64,000 nt of DNA from Escherichia coli (GTDB lineage Bacteria; Pseudomonadota; Gammaproteobacteria; Enterobacterales; Enterobacteriaceae). The DNA lies in the NCBI RefSeq assembly GCF_003790525.1, contig NZ_CP033635.1. One strand, written 5' to 3'. Position 1 is the first letter of the stretch. Each line of letters starts with the position of its first letter. Made by a program: the position numbers and the translations under genes. A model generated the notes under the pieces. That model saw only the letters and a program-made list of their open reading frames with translations. It made no database searches and was not told where the DNA came from. Positions 10,165-20,758 of this stretch are shown here, piece after piece.

Positions 10165-11117
10165 GATAACGGTTCATGTATCCCCTGAGCTGACAGTGTA
10201 CCGGGTATATTAAGCGTAACCGACAGGTTCTCCTTCATACCATATTAAATTTTTCCAGGTATTGCCGCTGCCTTATTTCGTCCCATACAGGAAAACTCGT
10301 CTGGGTTTCTGACAAATACGCGAAACTCACAGCCCCTCAATATCAACCACACGCTGTAAGCCGGTAATACCTGAAAATCAGCCTATTACCGCCCGCGCCT
10401 CCGTTACCGAACGCTCAGGTGACCAGACTGAAGCCCAGCACGCACTCGTAAAATTTGCGGTCAGTTCCGTCAGTCAGTGGGCAACCGCAGAGTTACGGGC
10501 TTCCAGGTCCACAGGAGTGAGTCTATAACGCGTGTGGGAAATCATTTTTTCTGGCGTTGACAGAACGCCTTACGGGCTGCTACTTACCCGGTGTCCCGCA
10601 ATACAGCCTTAGTGTTCCGTTATCGGGGATCCGGACGCACCGCAACAACCGGGGAAGTATTTCTGGTTAGAGCTGTGTCAAGAGGGATTTCTCAGCCCCT
10701 CACTCACCGGCTCAGTCTCAGGGCAGAAGCATTAATACACTCAGTTCATGTCTTATACAGGAATGGGCATAGGGGGAGCTGGCGTGTCACTGCTGATTTT
10801 ACGCATCAGCGTTCATGTATCTGCACTCTGATACAGAATGCTTCACAGCGCTCTGTTACCGGAGAGATTTACTCTCTTAGGTTATTCTGGCAAATCCTTT
10901 ACGTTACTCTCTGATGACTTCTTATATTTATAATACCAATCAGACAACCTTATCCCATCGGTGATATCAGTCTCCTGCTCGCCAGGAACGGGCTGACTCA
11001 CTGTAACCACCTCCGAAAACAACTCTGCAATTATCAGAACGCCTGCTTCTCTCCCTGTCCTCACGAAAACTATCCCCTCTTTATCGCGCGTGCGTGCGGA
11101 AGCATCTTTTCGCAACA

Positions 11118-11130
11118 CCCCCCCCCCCCC
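11118..11130. repeat. Homopolymeric C13 tract
   Basis: 13 consecutive C residues, about 165 bp upstream of the alpA-like start. Confidence 0.9.
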
Positions 11131-11294
11131 GGGATTCCGCTACGGCTCTGCCATCGCAATCCCCCCGTTTATCTCCGGACAGCCACATTCCCGATTATTT
11201 TTTACGTTTCTCCCCGGTTGTTATGCCGGTGAAGGTGGCGCGCTGTTTTCATGACCACACCGGCTGGTTTAACAACATCCGGAGGAACATTCTC

Positions 11295-11501
11295 ATGGCT
11301 ACCCCAGTTTCGCTGATGGATGACCAGATGGTCGACATGGCGTTTATCACTCAACTGACCGGCCTAACCGATAAGTGGTTTGACAAACTCATCAAAGATG
11401 GGGGCTTTCCTGCGCCCATCAAAATGGGGCGCAGCTCCCGCTGGCTGAAAAGTGAAGTGGAAGCCTGGCTGCAGGCGCGTATTGCACAGTCCCGTCCGTA
11501 A
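11295..11501 (+). CDS. alpA: AlpA-family prophage transcriptional regulator
   Basis: 69-aa product MATPVSLMDDQMVDMAFITQLTGLTDKWFDKLIKDGGFPAPIKMGRSSRWLKSEVEAWL matches the AlpA/Phage_AlpA HTH family; ggagg RBS 8 nt upstream. Confidence 0.7.
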   Translation: MATPVSLMDDQMVDMAFITQLTGLTDKWFDKLIKDGGFPAPIKMGRSSRWLKSEVEAWLQARIAQSRP

Positions 11502-11579
11502 TTTTTAACCACTAACCCTTCGCCCACAGCAGACGCAATCTCCGGCCTGCCGGCGGCGCTCTGCTGCCTGTTATCCCCC

Positions 11580-12197
11580 GTGAGGAATATGAAAATGAAA
11601 CAACAGTATCAGACCCGTTACGAGCTGCTCCATGAAAACTACCAGAAATGGCTGACCGGCTTCACCCGGCACGCCGTATCATGGGGCGTGTGTCATCCGA
11701 ATATCTACTATTTCCATAATCTGACGCCCGGGTGGGTGTCATTCAATGGCGAAAAACCGGAGATTGCCATCGTTCCCCAGAGTCTGCACCGGCTGATTTA
11801 TGGTCCGGACAAACGGAGCTCCCCGTCCCTGGATGATGATCTGGTGGTGAATTTATGCACCAGCGAACACCTGCTGGTTCATCATCCGATGCTGGAAGGG
11901 ATCCTGCTGTCTGAATGTGAGCGCCTGAAGCAACATTCTCTGGCAAACAAACTGATCAGCCTCTTCCGTCAGTTTGGCGGCACGGAGTTACGTCTCAAAC
12001 TGGTCTGGCTCTGCTGGCTTGACTTAATGACCGGAAACAGCCTTGACGACTGGACGAAAAACCTGAAACACAAATCAGAAAAAGATCTGGAGCAATGGAT
12101 CATTGCACGTCAGGGTCAGAGTGAACCACTGACAAATCTGATGGATCAGTACGTGCTTATGGCATACCGTACATCGGTTGATGCCGCTCACAGTTGA
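11580..12197 (+). CDS. Hypothetical prophage protein
   Basis: 205-aa ORF 78 bp downstream of the alpA-like gene, same strand; no family recognised; start ambiguous among several Met codons. Confidence 0.5.
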   Translation: MRNMKMKQQYQTRYELLHENYQKWLTGFTRHAVSWGVCHPNIYYFHNLTPGWVSFNGEKPEIAIVPQSLHRLIYGPDKRSSPSLDDDLVVNLCTSEHLLVHHPMLEGILLSECERLKQHSLANKLISLFRQFGGTELRLKLVWLCWLDLMTGNSLDDWTKNLKHKSEKDLEQWIIARQGQSEPLTNLMDQYVLMAYRTSVDAAHS

Positions 12198-12739
12198 TGT
12201 CTGAGAACCACAGGGCTGGCAGCAGAAAACCAGCCCTGTGGTAAAATACAGTAATAGCGGCGTACATCAGGCACGCCGCTCACTCGTCCACAGATCATAT
12301 ACGTCATTATACTGCGCGATAACGGAGGGCTTCAGCACCCGGTCATTTCTGAGCGGGTATGAATACCATTGATGATGCGAAGCAGCCACGTGCAGAAACG
12401 TTCTTCACAACCAGGTGCCTCCATCTTCACTGCAGTCTGAATGTGCCGGCTTGTTATCCACCAGAAATGGTATGCTCCGGTACATGCATACCCCGGAGAC
12501 TATAAACGCACTGAATCATAGCCTCCCACCTCAGCAGGAGGCAGTCAGCTTTCAGGCGGAAAAACGTTGCAGTTAAAGATCGTGAGAATCGCTGTTTCGT
12601 TGCATAGCAACCCGAACAGTTGTAGTGAAACATTTTACCTGCATCAGCACATGGTCAGGCGCCGTCTGTATGGCGTGGAATACTGATGTTTCGGCTGATG
12701 GCAAGCCTCATTCTGTACTGACCCCAAAAAGTTGGACAG

Positions 12740-13591
12740 TTAAACACGAGGCATATAGGTCTGATTCCGATATTCAATTGGAGTCAGACTTTTTAATTTC
12801 AGGCTAATTCTTCTGCTGTTGTAGTATTCAATATATTCCGTAACAGCATCCTTCAGTTCGCTTATATTACTGAACTCATCAAGATAAAAACACTCCGACT
12901 TTAAGGTTCCAAAGAAACACTCCACCACAGCATTATCCAGACAATTGCCTTTTCTGGACATGCTTTGTTTAATACCATGTTCTTTAAGAATATTTTGATA
13001 TTTTCTCATACGATACTGCCATCCCTGGTCAGAGTGCAGAACAGGATGCTCGTGAGGATTAAGCTTTTTGAATGCCTGATCGAGCATATTCTCAACCATG
13101 TTCATCACTGGTCTTTCCGAAAGGCTGTAAGAAATAACTTCGTTGTTGAAGAGATCTATTACTGGAGACAAATACAGCTTGCGCCCATTGACTGCAAATT
13201 CAGTAACATCGGTAACCCACTTCTCGTTTGGCCGCGTAGCCTTGAAATCTCTTTGGAGAACATTAGGGGCGGTTTGCCCTACCTCTCCTCTGTAAGAGCG
13301 GTATCGCTTGACCTTAATCGCTGCTTTAAGTGAGAGGGTTCCCATCAGGCGCTGAACAGCTTTATGGTTAATCTGTTTCCCTTCTCGATGAAGAGACAGC
13401 GTTACCCTACGGTATCCGTATCGGCCTCTATTCTCGTGATAAATCTCACCAATACGCTTTTTAACGTCCGCATACTTGTCAGGCTTGCTGAGAGCCTTTA
13501 GATGGTAATAAAACGTACTGCGCGGTATCTCCGCAGCCCTGAGAAGCTCATCAAGAGGATAAAACTGCCTTAGCTCGTTGAGTACTTTCAC
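12740..13591 (-). CDS. insK: IS150 transposase OrfB (InsK)
   Basis: 283-aa IS3-family DDE transposase; overlaps insJ by 4 bp as expected for the -1 frameshift fusion. Confidence 0.9.
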   Translation of the reverse strand: MKVLNELRQFYPLDELLRAAEIPRSTFYYHLKALSKPDKYADVKKRIGEIYHENRGRYGYRRVTLSLHREGKQINHKAVQRLMGTLSLKAAIKVKRYRSYRGEVGQTAPNVLQRDFKATRPNEKWVTDVTEFAVNGRKLYLSPVIDLFNNEVISYSLSERPVMNMVENMLDQAFKKLNPHEHPVLHSDQGWQYRMRKYQNILKEHGIKQSMSRKGNCLDNAVVECFFGTLKSECFYLDEFSNISELKDAVTEYIEYYNSRRISLKLKSLTPIEYRNQTYMPRV

Positions 13592-14109
13592 TTTTTCGTG
13601 GGATGAGCTAAGGCTTTCAGCTTTTTTAGATACATAAGCCGCGTTTCAAGAAATCGAACTTGCCTTTCAAGATCCTCAATACGTCGGTCTTTTGACAGCT
13701 CCAATGCTGATGCCGCTTTTTCTGGATCAACTGATATTGCAATGTTTCTTTTGGTGCCAATCTTGAGCGCGCGTAAACCAGCTTCTCCGCGCTCTTCATA
13801 AACCTTCAGCCACCTGGCTACAGAACCACTACCAGCAAGCATAAAGTGAGCAGCAGCCTGATTAAGGGACATGTGCTGCTCGATCACAGCTTTCACGACC
13901 TTAATACGCAACTCTGGATCAGCACTAACACCTTTAGGTTTGGGAATTAAACCTTTTTCTCCATGTTTTTCATAGAGGGCAACCCATGTCCTGACCTGGG
14001 TTCGGGGGACACCAAAACGTGCCGAGATGATCCTGTAACCATCATCAGTAGTGAAGTAGTGATTCACGACTTCAAGGCGCTTTTCAAAAGGGTATTTTGG
14101 CTTTGACAT
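13588..14109 (-). CDS. insJ: IS150 OrfA (InsJ)
   Basis: 173-aa product MSKPKYPFEKRLEVVNHYFTTDDGYRIISARFGVPRTQVRTWVALYEKHG... matches InsJ of IS150 as recalled. Confidence 0.9.
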   Translation of the reverse strand: MSKPKYPFEKRLEVVNHYFTTDDGYRIISARFGVPRTQVRTWVALYEKHGEKGLIPKPKGVSADPELRIKVVKAVIEQHMSLNQAAAHFMLAGSGSVARWLKVYEERGEAGLRALKIGTKRNIAISVDPEKAASALELSKDRRIEDLERQVRFLETRLMYLKKLKALAHPTKK

Positions 14110-14439
14110 ATCAGGGGCTATTCCATTTCATCGTCCAACAAAATGGGTGCAGTACATTCTCTGTGGAAACAGGGGCGCGCATTAGCTTCTCAACCAGAGA
14201 GTGTCACAAAGACAAATATTGCTGAAAATCGCATTCATCGTTCAGGCGTGAATGCCCGGAGACAAAAGCCGCTGTCCACACAGTCCCCCTCTGACCTGAA
14301 CAAAAAGCATACACACAACAGGCTCACCTGACCCCGAAAAACCATAACTTCAGCAATACCAGTGACACCAGCACGTTACCTCAGTGCCACATCTTCAGAC
14401 CGCGATCAATCTGAAATGTGACTATCGGGGCAATATCCC

Positions 14440-14720
14440 TGCTTTGTGGTACACGATAACCAGAAAACATCCCCTGAACCGCCAGCCAGAAAGACTGGCC
14501 ACAAAAGGGGTAAGCTGAAATCGTTTATGGATTACATCGACATATGCCTGGCAGAGAATGTCCGGAATGACGAGGTTATCTTTGCGGAGATTAAGGCAAT
14601 GGTATACGGGCCGACGTTCCATGCCGCGTTACTACATTCAGCCCGGACGTAAAATGCGCCCGTCAAAAAGAACGGTTCGCTTCGAAACTCAGCCAGGATA
14701 CCACCTCTCCGCCACACCCG
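14440..14720 (+). pseudogene. IS21-family istA 5' remnant
   Basis: Frames give EPPARKTGHKRGKLKSFMDYIDICLAENVRNDEVIFAEIKAMVYG and RYYIQPGRKMRPSKRTVRFETQPGY, matching the IstA N-terminus with a frameshift and loss of the rest. Confidence 0.5.
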
Positions 14721-16024
14721 GGAAGAAGTTGATATGGTGGTTGCCGGACAACAGCGCTCCTGGATTGACTGCTGCATCACTCAACCACGCTGAATATCAA
14801 AGGAGAGCGTTACCGGTTAAAAGAGAAACGTAAAGCTGTGGTGATGACCCAAAACGCAACGCCTGTCAGTGAGGATGAAATGGTGAAAAGCGGACAGCAT
14901 CAGTAACGGAAGTATCTTAGCGGGTACGAAAATGGCAGGATCGTGACATTGACAGAATATCTCCTGATCATCCTGAATGACTGCAGTTGCTGTAGAAAAG
15001 TAAGCTGTCTCCACCCACGGCACCACTTAACAGGCATTCCGTAACTTCCCCCAGACTTACTATGACGCATTATCGGTGCACTGAAAACGGGAGAGTGCGC
15101 TTAAAACCGCAGACCGCATGCGGGTGTTACTGCATGACAGTCTGGCCGTATTGTGAGATGTCGGCAGGAACCGATGTCCGCGCAGGGGGGAACTTCCTGC
15201 AGTACCTGACGCTTCAAATGGTATTAACCGTAGGGTGTTGTTGGTTCCGGATCGCGGAAATGGGAGCACAGGTCTGCTACGGGGTGTACCTCTGACAGTA
15301 AATCCGGCTCGCTCATCTGACAGCCTCTCTCCCGGAAAAGACCAAAAATGAGATCGTCTCCTCAACAGCAGAGAAGAGGTCTTGACAGACAGGCTACATT
15401 GCATACGATTTATGAAGAAAAAGACAGCAAATATGGAGGTTATAGCGGAGAATACCCTACGAAATTCCTATGAAAAACGATTGAAAAAAATATCAAATTC
15501 GATTCGTTTTTATATGCTTTTTGGGAGCGTGGCGATGACGAACTGTTGCATGTGCAGAGGAGAATGCACCCGGAAGCACCAGAATCATCCAGAAAGGCAG
15601 AACGATTACGCATCAAACCAGGAGACAGCAATATCAAGGTAATATACTGATTTAAAATGAATTTACAGCAATACGTGAAAACATTTTTTACTTAAAGGAG
15701 ACAGATGCGCTGAAGAGAGTGCAGGTATTTTTATATAAAAATGAGAAGTTTACGGGATGTATATCCGGCACACTATGACCGGAGAATATCAGTCAAGCTT
15801 AAAAAGACAATAAATACAGTGAGTTAAATACACAGAGAAAACGTAGTATCAGAGGGTACATCTTACAACAGAGACTGAATTTCCGGTTTTTCATAACCGG
15901 CGCATTCCGGAAAGTGCAGGCGGCCCGGAGGTTTTCTGACGCCACTACCTGGTAGATTGTTCTGTACATCATGTACGGAGGTTTTTGTTTGCTTTTTTAA
16001 AATCTGCAAATGTGAGAAAAGCAG

Positions 16025-17188
16025 GTGAGGTGTATTGTGGGAAAGGAACTGGATGATATCTGCACCAGCTGTCCGTATATCGATACTGTAAAACGGCACA
16101 AACAACAGCTCGGTGCCATAGAGGAATATACACAGTGGTTAAAAAAAGAACCACGGGCATCTTATTTTTTTCTGTTCCAGCTGTATACCCGCATTCACAA
16201 TACATTTTTCTCCCAAAAGCAACAACTCCCGTTCACTCCCGGTGGCACTCACTGCCCGGAACCTGATGTCACCCTTCGGGACTTAACGCTTTCCCCTGGC
16301 TACCACAGTGATTATGCCCCTCAACCCATTCCGGAGATGGACAGTTCTGCTGTTGTTCCCCCAACTAATGAAAACACCTCGCCTCCGGAAGATACTCCCG
16401 ACAACACTCCGGCCGGAGGCAATACCGGACAAGCGGAAAAGACCAGAAACGCAGGACTCACACCCATTCCTGAAAAACGTTCAGGAATGCCCCCGGAACA
16501 TCTGCGGTTTGCCACGGGGTTTCCATCGCAACCGAAGATTGCCGGTCCCAGAGAAAAGCCGATGCGCACCGTGCATCCGGATAAAATCTACCGTGAAATT
16601 ATATGGTTCTGCTCCAGTTACCTGCTGAAATCCGGACCAGAGGCTACGAGGACGATTATCAACTCAGTATTCTCTGAATGGGCCAGCATAAACAATGATT
16701 ACCCCTCCCCCTTTTCGTGGGTGGACAGCAGGGACAGTGAACAGTGTGACTGGTTATGGAACGCCATGCAGATCCGGTGTGTGGGAACCCCGCTGAATCC
16801 CCTTACCCCGGAGCAGAAATACTGGTTTGCCTGCGCCACGTTTGATAACTGGGAGGGCTGGAATGAGCAACAGGTACAGTTTTTACTGGAAAGTAATCCC
16901 AGACGGAACAGAGCGAAGTTTACGCAGGTCTCCTTCCAGGCCCCCAGGATTCAGCATAAAGCGATTCTTCTTGATGAGCTGAAAAGTGCCCGGGAGCAAC
17001 AAAAAAGGCGTGATGAACGTGCTGATGGTTCCGTCCCTCTGAAACTGTCCGGAAAAATCCACAAACAGCTTGAAAGTATTGCCCGAAGTCGTGGTGTCCT
17101 CCCAAAAAAACTGCTGAATGAAATGATTGAGCAGGCGTACCATGATTTGGTGGCAACCAGGCAGAACAGCCAAATCGATTCCAGATAA
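16025..17188 (+). CDS. Hypothetical protein with Pro/Thr-rich linker and possible C-terminal ribbon-helix-helix segment
   Basis: 387-aa ORF with GTG start (uncertain); low-complexity PPTNENTSPPEDTPDNTPAGG; C-terminal KLSGKIHKQLESIARSRGVLPKKLLNEMIEQAYHDL resembles an RHH DNA-binding motif. Confidence 0.4.
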   Translation: MRCIVGKELDDICTSCPYIDTVKRHKQQLGAIEEYTQWLKKEPRASYFFLFQLYTRIHNTFFSQKQQLPFTPGGTHCPEPDVTLRDLTLSPGYHSDYAPQPIPEMDSSAVVPPTNENTSPPEDTPDNTPAGGNTGQAEKTRNAGLTPIPEKRSGMPPEHLRFATGFPSQPKIAGPREKPMRTVHPDKIYREIIWFCSSYLLKSGPEATRTIINSVFSEWASINNDYPSPFSWVDSRDSEQCDWLWNAMQIRCVGTPLNPLTPEQKYWFACATFDNWEGWNEQQVQFLLESNPRRNRAKFTQVSFQAPRIQHKAILLDELKSAREQQKRRDERADGSVPLKLSGKIHKQLESIARSRGVLPKKLLNEMIEQAYHDLVATRQNSQIDSR

Positions 17189-17213
17189 TTTCAGACAGAT
17201 ATTATTTCCGTGA

Positions 17214-17256
17214 ATCCCCCGCCACCTTTCCGGTGCGCGGGGTTTTGTCTTTTTTC
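17214..17256 (+). terminator. Putative rho-independent terminator
   Basis: GC stem (cccgc ... gcggg) followed by ttttgtctttttt, just after the 387-aa ORF. Confidence 0.45.
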
Positions 17257-17271
17257 ACCGGGAATACATGT

Positions 17272-18144
17272 ATGAATCCGTCTGATGCCATTGAGGCAAT
17301 TGAAAAACCGCTCTCCTCCCTGCCTTACTCACTTTCCCGTCACATCCTGGAACATCTGCGCAAACTCACCAGTCACGAACCCGTGCCTGGCATTATGGGT
17401 AAAAGCGGGGCCGGTAAATCCTCACTCTGTAATGCGCTGTTTCAGGGGGAGATCACCCCGGTCAGTGATGTTCACGCCGGCACCCGGGAAGTGCAGCGCT
17501 TCCGTCTGAATGGCCATGGTCACAGCATGGTTATCACTGACCTGCCCGGGGTGGGCGAGAGCCGGGACAGGGATGCAGAGTATGAAGCCCTGTACCGTGA
17601 CATTCTGCCCGAACTGGACCTGGTACTGTGGCTGATTAAAGCCGATGACCGTGCCCTGTCTGTGGATGAGTATTTCTGGCGACACATCCTGCACCGGGGA
17701 CATCAGCGGGTACTGTTTGTGGTGATGCAGGCCGATAAAACGGAGCCCTGCCATGAATGGGATATGGCCGGTATTCAGCCTTCTCCCGCACAGGCACAGA
17801 ACATTCGCGAAAAAACGGAGGCGGTATTCCGTCTGTTCCGGCCCGTACATCGGGTTGTTGCCGTATCGGCCCGCACCGGCTGGGAACTGGATACGCTGGT
17901 CAGTGCGCTCATGACAGCACTTCCCGACCATGCCGCCAGTCCCCTGATGACCCGCCTGCAGGACGAGCTGCGCACGGAATCTGTCCGCGCTCAGGCCCGT
18001 GAACAGTTTACCGGTGCGGTGGACCGGATATTTGACACGGCGGAGAGCGCCTGTATTGCCTCTGTTGCACGCACGGTTCTGCGTGCCGTCCGTGACTCGG
18101 TGGTCTCTGTTGCCCGCGCGGTATGGAACTGGATTTTCTTCTGA
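17272..18144 (+). CDS. YeeP/YfjP/YkfA-family prophage GTPase, apparently intact
   Basis: P-loop GKSGAGKSSLCNALF and G3 DLPGVGES; family recalled from CP4-44/CP4-57/CP4-6; start set at the ATG giving MNPSDAIE (ORF extends upstream to a GTG). Confidence 0.8.
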   Translation: MNPSDAIEAIEKPLSSLPYSLSRHILEHLRKLTSHEPVPGIMGKSGAGKSSLCNALFQGEITPVSDVHAGTREVQRFRLNGHGHSMVITDLPGVGESRDRDAEYEALYRDILPELDLVLWLIKADDRALSVDEYFWRHILHRGHQRVLFVVMQADKTEPCHEWDMAGIQPSPAQAQNIREKTEAVFRLFRPVHRVVAVSARTGWELDTLVSALMTALPDHAASPLMTRLQDELRTESVRAQAREQFTGAVDRIFDTAESACIASVARTVLRAVRDSVVSVARAVWNWIFF

Positions 18145-18261
18145 ACCCGGTGGTGATGTACCAGGCTGTTGTTACAGATTTTTAACTCCATGAAAACACT
18201 ATGCAAACGCAGCCATACCCGGGTTGTCCCCTTGCGTTGTGTTTCTCAAGTTAATAGAATG

Positions 18262-18305
18262 CATCGATCGTTACTATCATATCGATCGTTATAAACGATC
18301 GTTTG
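18262..18305. promoter_or_regulatory. Cluster of three CGATCG-core repeats upstream of the dynamin operon (putative operator)
   Basis: catcgatcgtta (18262-18273), atcgatcgtta (18281-18291), and the 12-bp perfect palindrome aaacgatcgttt (18294-18305); 57 bp upstream of the dynamin start. Confidence 0.3.
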
Positions 18306-18361
18306 TAGTAAATGACCTCCTCCGTGGTTGTCATGAAAATGCGTCTTAGGAAGGTTAAATA

Positions 18362-20758
18362 ATGCACGAAAAGAACATCGCCCTGCTTTGTGATGAAGCC
18401 GACCGACTTTTGCAACTGAACATTAATCTGCTCCGGCAAATGGTTGAGGAGCCAGATGTGTTATCTGACAGTAAGAACGAAAACAGACTGCTTTTTGATA
18501 AACAGAAAGCACTGAAAAGAATTGAGGAGCTGGAGGGCGAACAAATCAAAACCGCCCGCAGGGAGATGGTGCTGGCTGTTGTCGGCACGATGAAAGCAGG
18601 CAAATCAACCACCATCAACGCCATTGTGGGGCAGGAAATTCTGCCTAACCGTAACCGCCCCATGACCTCTGTACCGACGCTCATCCGCCACGTTCCCGGA
18701 AAAACTGAGCCGGTTCTCCATCTGGAACATATTCAGCCTGTCCGCAATTTATTAATCACACTGCAGGAAAAACTCGCCACCCCGGCAGGACAGCAGGTCG
18801 CACAGACCCTGCAGCAAACCGGGGATACCCGCGAACTGCTGGATATTCTGACGGATGATGGCTGGCTCAAAAATGAATACCACGGGGAGGAGGAAATCTT
18901 TACCGGACTGGCATCGTTAAACGATCTGGTTCGTCTTGCTGCGGCAATGGGGACTGAATTTCCTTTTGATGAATACGCAGAAGTGCAGAAACTGCCGGTG
19001 ATCGACGTGGAATTCAGCCATCTGGTGGGGATGGATGCATGCCAGGGAACACTCACACTGCTGGATACCCCCGGCCCTAATGAGGCCGGACAACCGCAGA
19101 TGGAAGTGATGATGCGGGATCAACTGCAGAAAGCCTCTGCGGTTCTGGCTGTGATGGATTACACCCAGATGAACTCAAAAGCGGATGAAGACGTCCGTAA
19201 AGAGCTTAATGCCATTGCTGACGTATCAGCCGGCCGCCTGTTTGTACTGGTCAATAAATTTGATGAGAAAGACCGCAATGGCGATGGGGCAGATGCCGTA
19301 CGCCAGAAAGTTCCGGCAATGCTGAACAGCGATGTGCTGCCCGCCTCCCGCGTTTATCCCGGATCCTCACGCCAGGCATACCTGGCTAACCGTGCGCTTC
19401 ATGAGTTACGGAAAAACGGAACCCTTCCTGTTGATGAAGCCTGGGTCGATGATTTTATCAGAGGTGCCTTCGGTTGCATGAAAAAAGAATACGTCTGTAA
19501 AGACAGTGAACTGGCAACTGAAGGGGCGACAGACCTGTGGGAAGGCTCACTTATCGATCAACTGATAACGGAAGTCATACAGAGCTCACATTCCAGAGCT
19601 GCGGCACTGGCGGTTGACTCTGCCGCCGCAAAACTGATGCAGAATGCAGAAAATATCAGTGAATACCTGTTGTTACGCCATCAGGGGCTACAGCAAAGCA
19701 TTCAGTCACTGCAGTCGCATATCACCAGCCTGCTTGCGGATATCCGGGAAATCGCGGACTGTCAGGAGCAGATGACCACTGATGTCAGAATGGCCATGGA
19801 GGAGATCGATACTAAAACCCGGGAATTACTGACGGGGGTCTGCACCTCACTGGAAGAGGAGCTGAATGACTATTTCAGAAGCGGTAAACGCAAAGAACAG
19901 CAAATGCTGGAGGAAGAAGACGCAGAACAACGAAGGTCTCAGTCCGGATTATGGGGGAAAATTTCTCAATGGTCCGGTATCAACAACCAGGGCCGGGAGG
20001 ATTACAGGAAACGAGATTTTGCCCCGGACAGCCCCGAAATAAAATTCAGTGATCGCAGGGAAGCCCTTGAACTGATGACGCAAATCGAATCGACCGTGAC
20101 CAGCCTGCACCGTGAGGCTGAAGCACAGTTCCGGCCTGAGCTGGAGAAAATCGTCAGCGGGATTGAAACAGGTTTTCGTGGCACGGCCCTGTACGCCACA
20201 GAAAACATTGCCGGTCGCATCAATGCCCGCCTGGAGGATGAGGGCTTTACCGTAAAAATCAGTTTTCCGGCAGTCAGCCAGTTACAGACCCGGCTCGCGG
20301 TAAAAATAAATCTGAGTGCGCTTATGGAGGAAAGAACGGAGACCGTCACCCGTCGCCGTCGGCAGAGTGGCGTATGGGGAACCGTTTGTCGATGGTTTGG
20401 CACCAGTGACCTGGGCTGGGAAAACTATGACGAGGATGTGAGTCGCAGCGTGATCAATATCAACAAGGTCAGAGAGGAAGTTATGTCACTGACCCGGGCA
20501 TATTTCGGGGAGCTGCAGGCATCCATTGAGCAGGATATTAACCAGCCCGTCCGCCAGGAAATCGATGCCTTTTTCTGCGCATTCAGGGAGAAAGTTGAAC
20601 AACTGCGTAACACGCTGATTCAGAGCTCTGAAGATCATAAACGCGATCAGCAGGCGCAGGAACGGCTTACCGGGCGACTTCAGGCATTAAATGAAAGGGT
20701 TCCTGAGCTCATTACTGACAGTAAGGCGCTGAGGGAAGAGCTGGAGACAATGCTGTGA
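18362..20758 (+). CDS. Bacterial dynamin-like GTPase, CrfC/YjdA-like
   Basis: 798 aa; G1 GTMKAGKST, G3 DTPGPNE, G4 NKFD; N-terminal block REMVLAVVGTMKAGKSTTINAIVGQEILPNRNRPMT matches E. coli CrfC as recalled; long helical C-terminal stalk; RBS aggaagg. Confidence 0.9.
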   Translation: MHEKNIALLCDEADRLLQLNINLLRQMVEEPDVLSDSKNENRLLFDKQKALKRIEELEGEQIKTARREMVLAVVGTMKAGKSTTINAIVGQEILPNRNRPMTSVPTLIRHVPGKTEPVLHLEHIQPVRNLLITLQEKLATPAGQQVAQTLQQTGDTRELLDILTDDGWLKNEYHGEEEIFTGLASLNDLVRLAAAMGTEFPFDEYAEVQKLPVIDVEFSHLVGMDACQGTLTLLDTPGPNEAGQPQMEVMMRDQLQKASAVLAVMDYTQMNSKADEDVRKELNAIADVSAGRLFVLVNKFDEKDRNGDGADAVRQKVPAMLNSDVLPASRVYPGSSRQAYLANRALHELRKNGTLPVDEAWVDDFIRGAFGCMKKEYVCKDSELATEGATDLWEGSLIDQLITEVIQSSHSRAAALAVDSAAAKLMQNAENISEYLLLRHQGLQQSIQSLQSHITSLLADIREIADCQEQMTTDVRMAMEEIDTKTRELLTGVCTSLEEELNDYFRSGKRKEQQMLEEEDAEQRRSQSGLWGKISQWSGINNQGREDYRKRDFAPDSPEIKFSDRREALELMTQIESTVTSLHREAEAQFRPELEKIVSGIETGFRGTALYATENIAGRINARLEDEGFTVKISFPAVSQLQTRLAVKINLSALMEERTETVTRRRRQSGVWGTVCRWFGTSDLGWENYDEDVSRSVININKVREEVMSLTRAYFGELQASIEQDINQPVRQEIDAFFCAFREKVEQLRNTLIQSSEDHKRDQQAQERLTGRLQALNERVPELITDSKALREELETML

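Larger units (their letters stand above)
12714..14156 (-). mobile_element. IS150 (IS3 family), complete 1443 bp, flanked by 3-bp direct repeat TTC
   Basis: Ends TGTACTG...CAGTACA; length exactly 1443 bp; carries insJ and insK; TTC at 12711-12713 and 14157-14159. Confidence 0.9.

Noticed and set aside
10200-11100. Possible gene or RNA in the ~900-bp gap between the small zinc-ribbon ORF and the alpA-like gene
   Set aside because: Only short overlapping ORFs without RBS or family resemblance; no clear structured-RNA signature seen by eye. Left unannotated rather than guessed.
17422-17931. 169-aa minus-strand ORF
   Set aside because: Antisense inside the yeeP-family GTPase gene, which has clear P-loop motifs on the plus strand.
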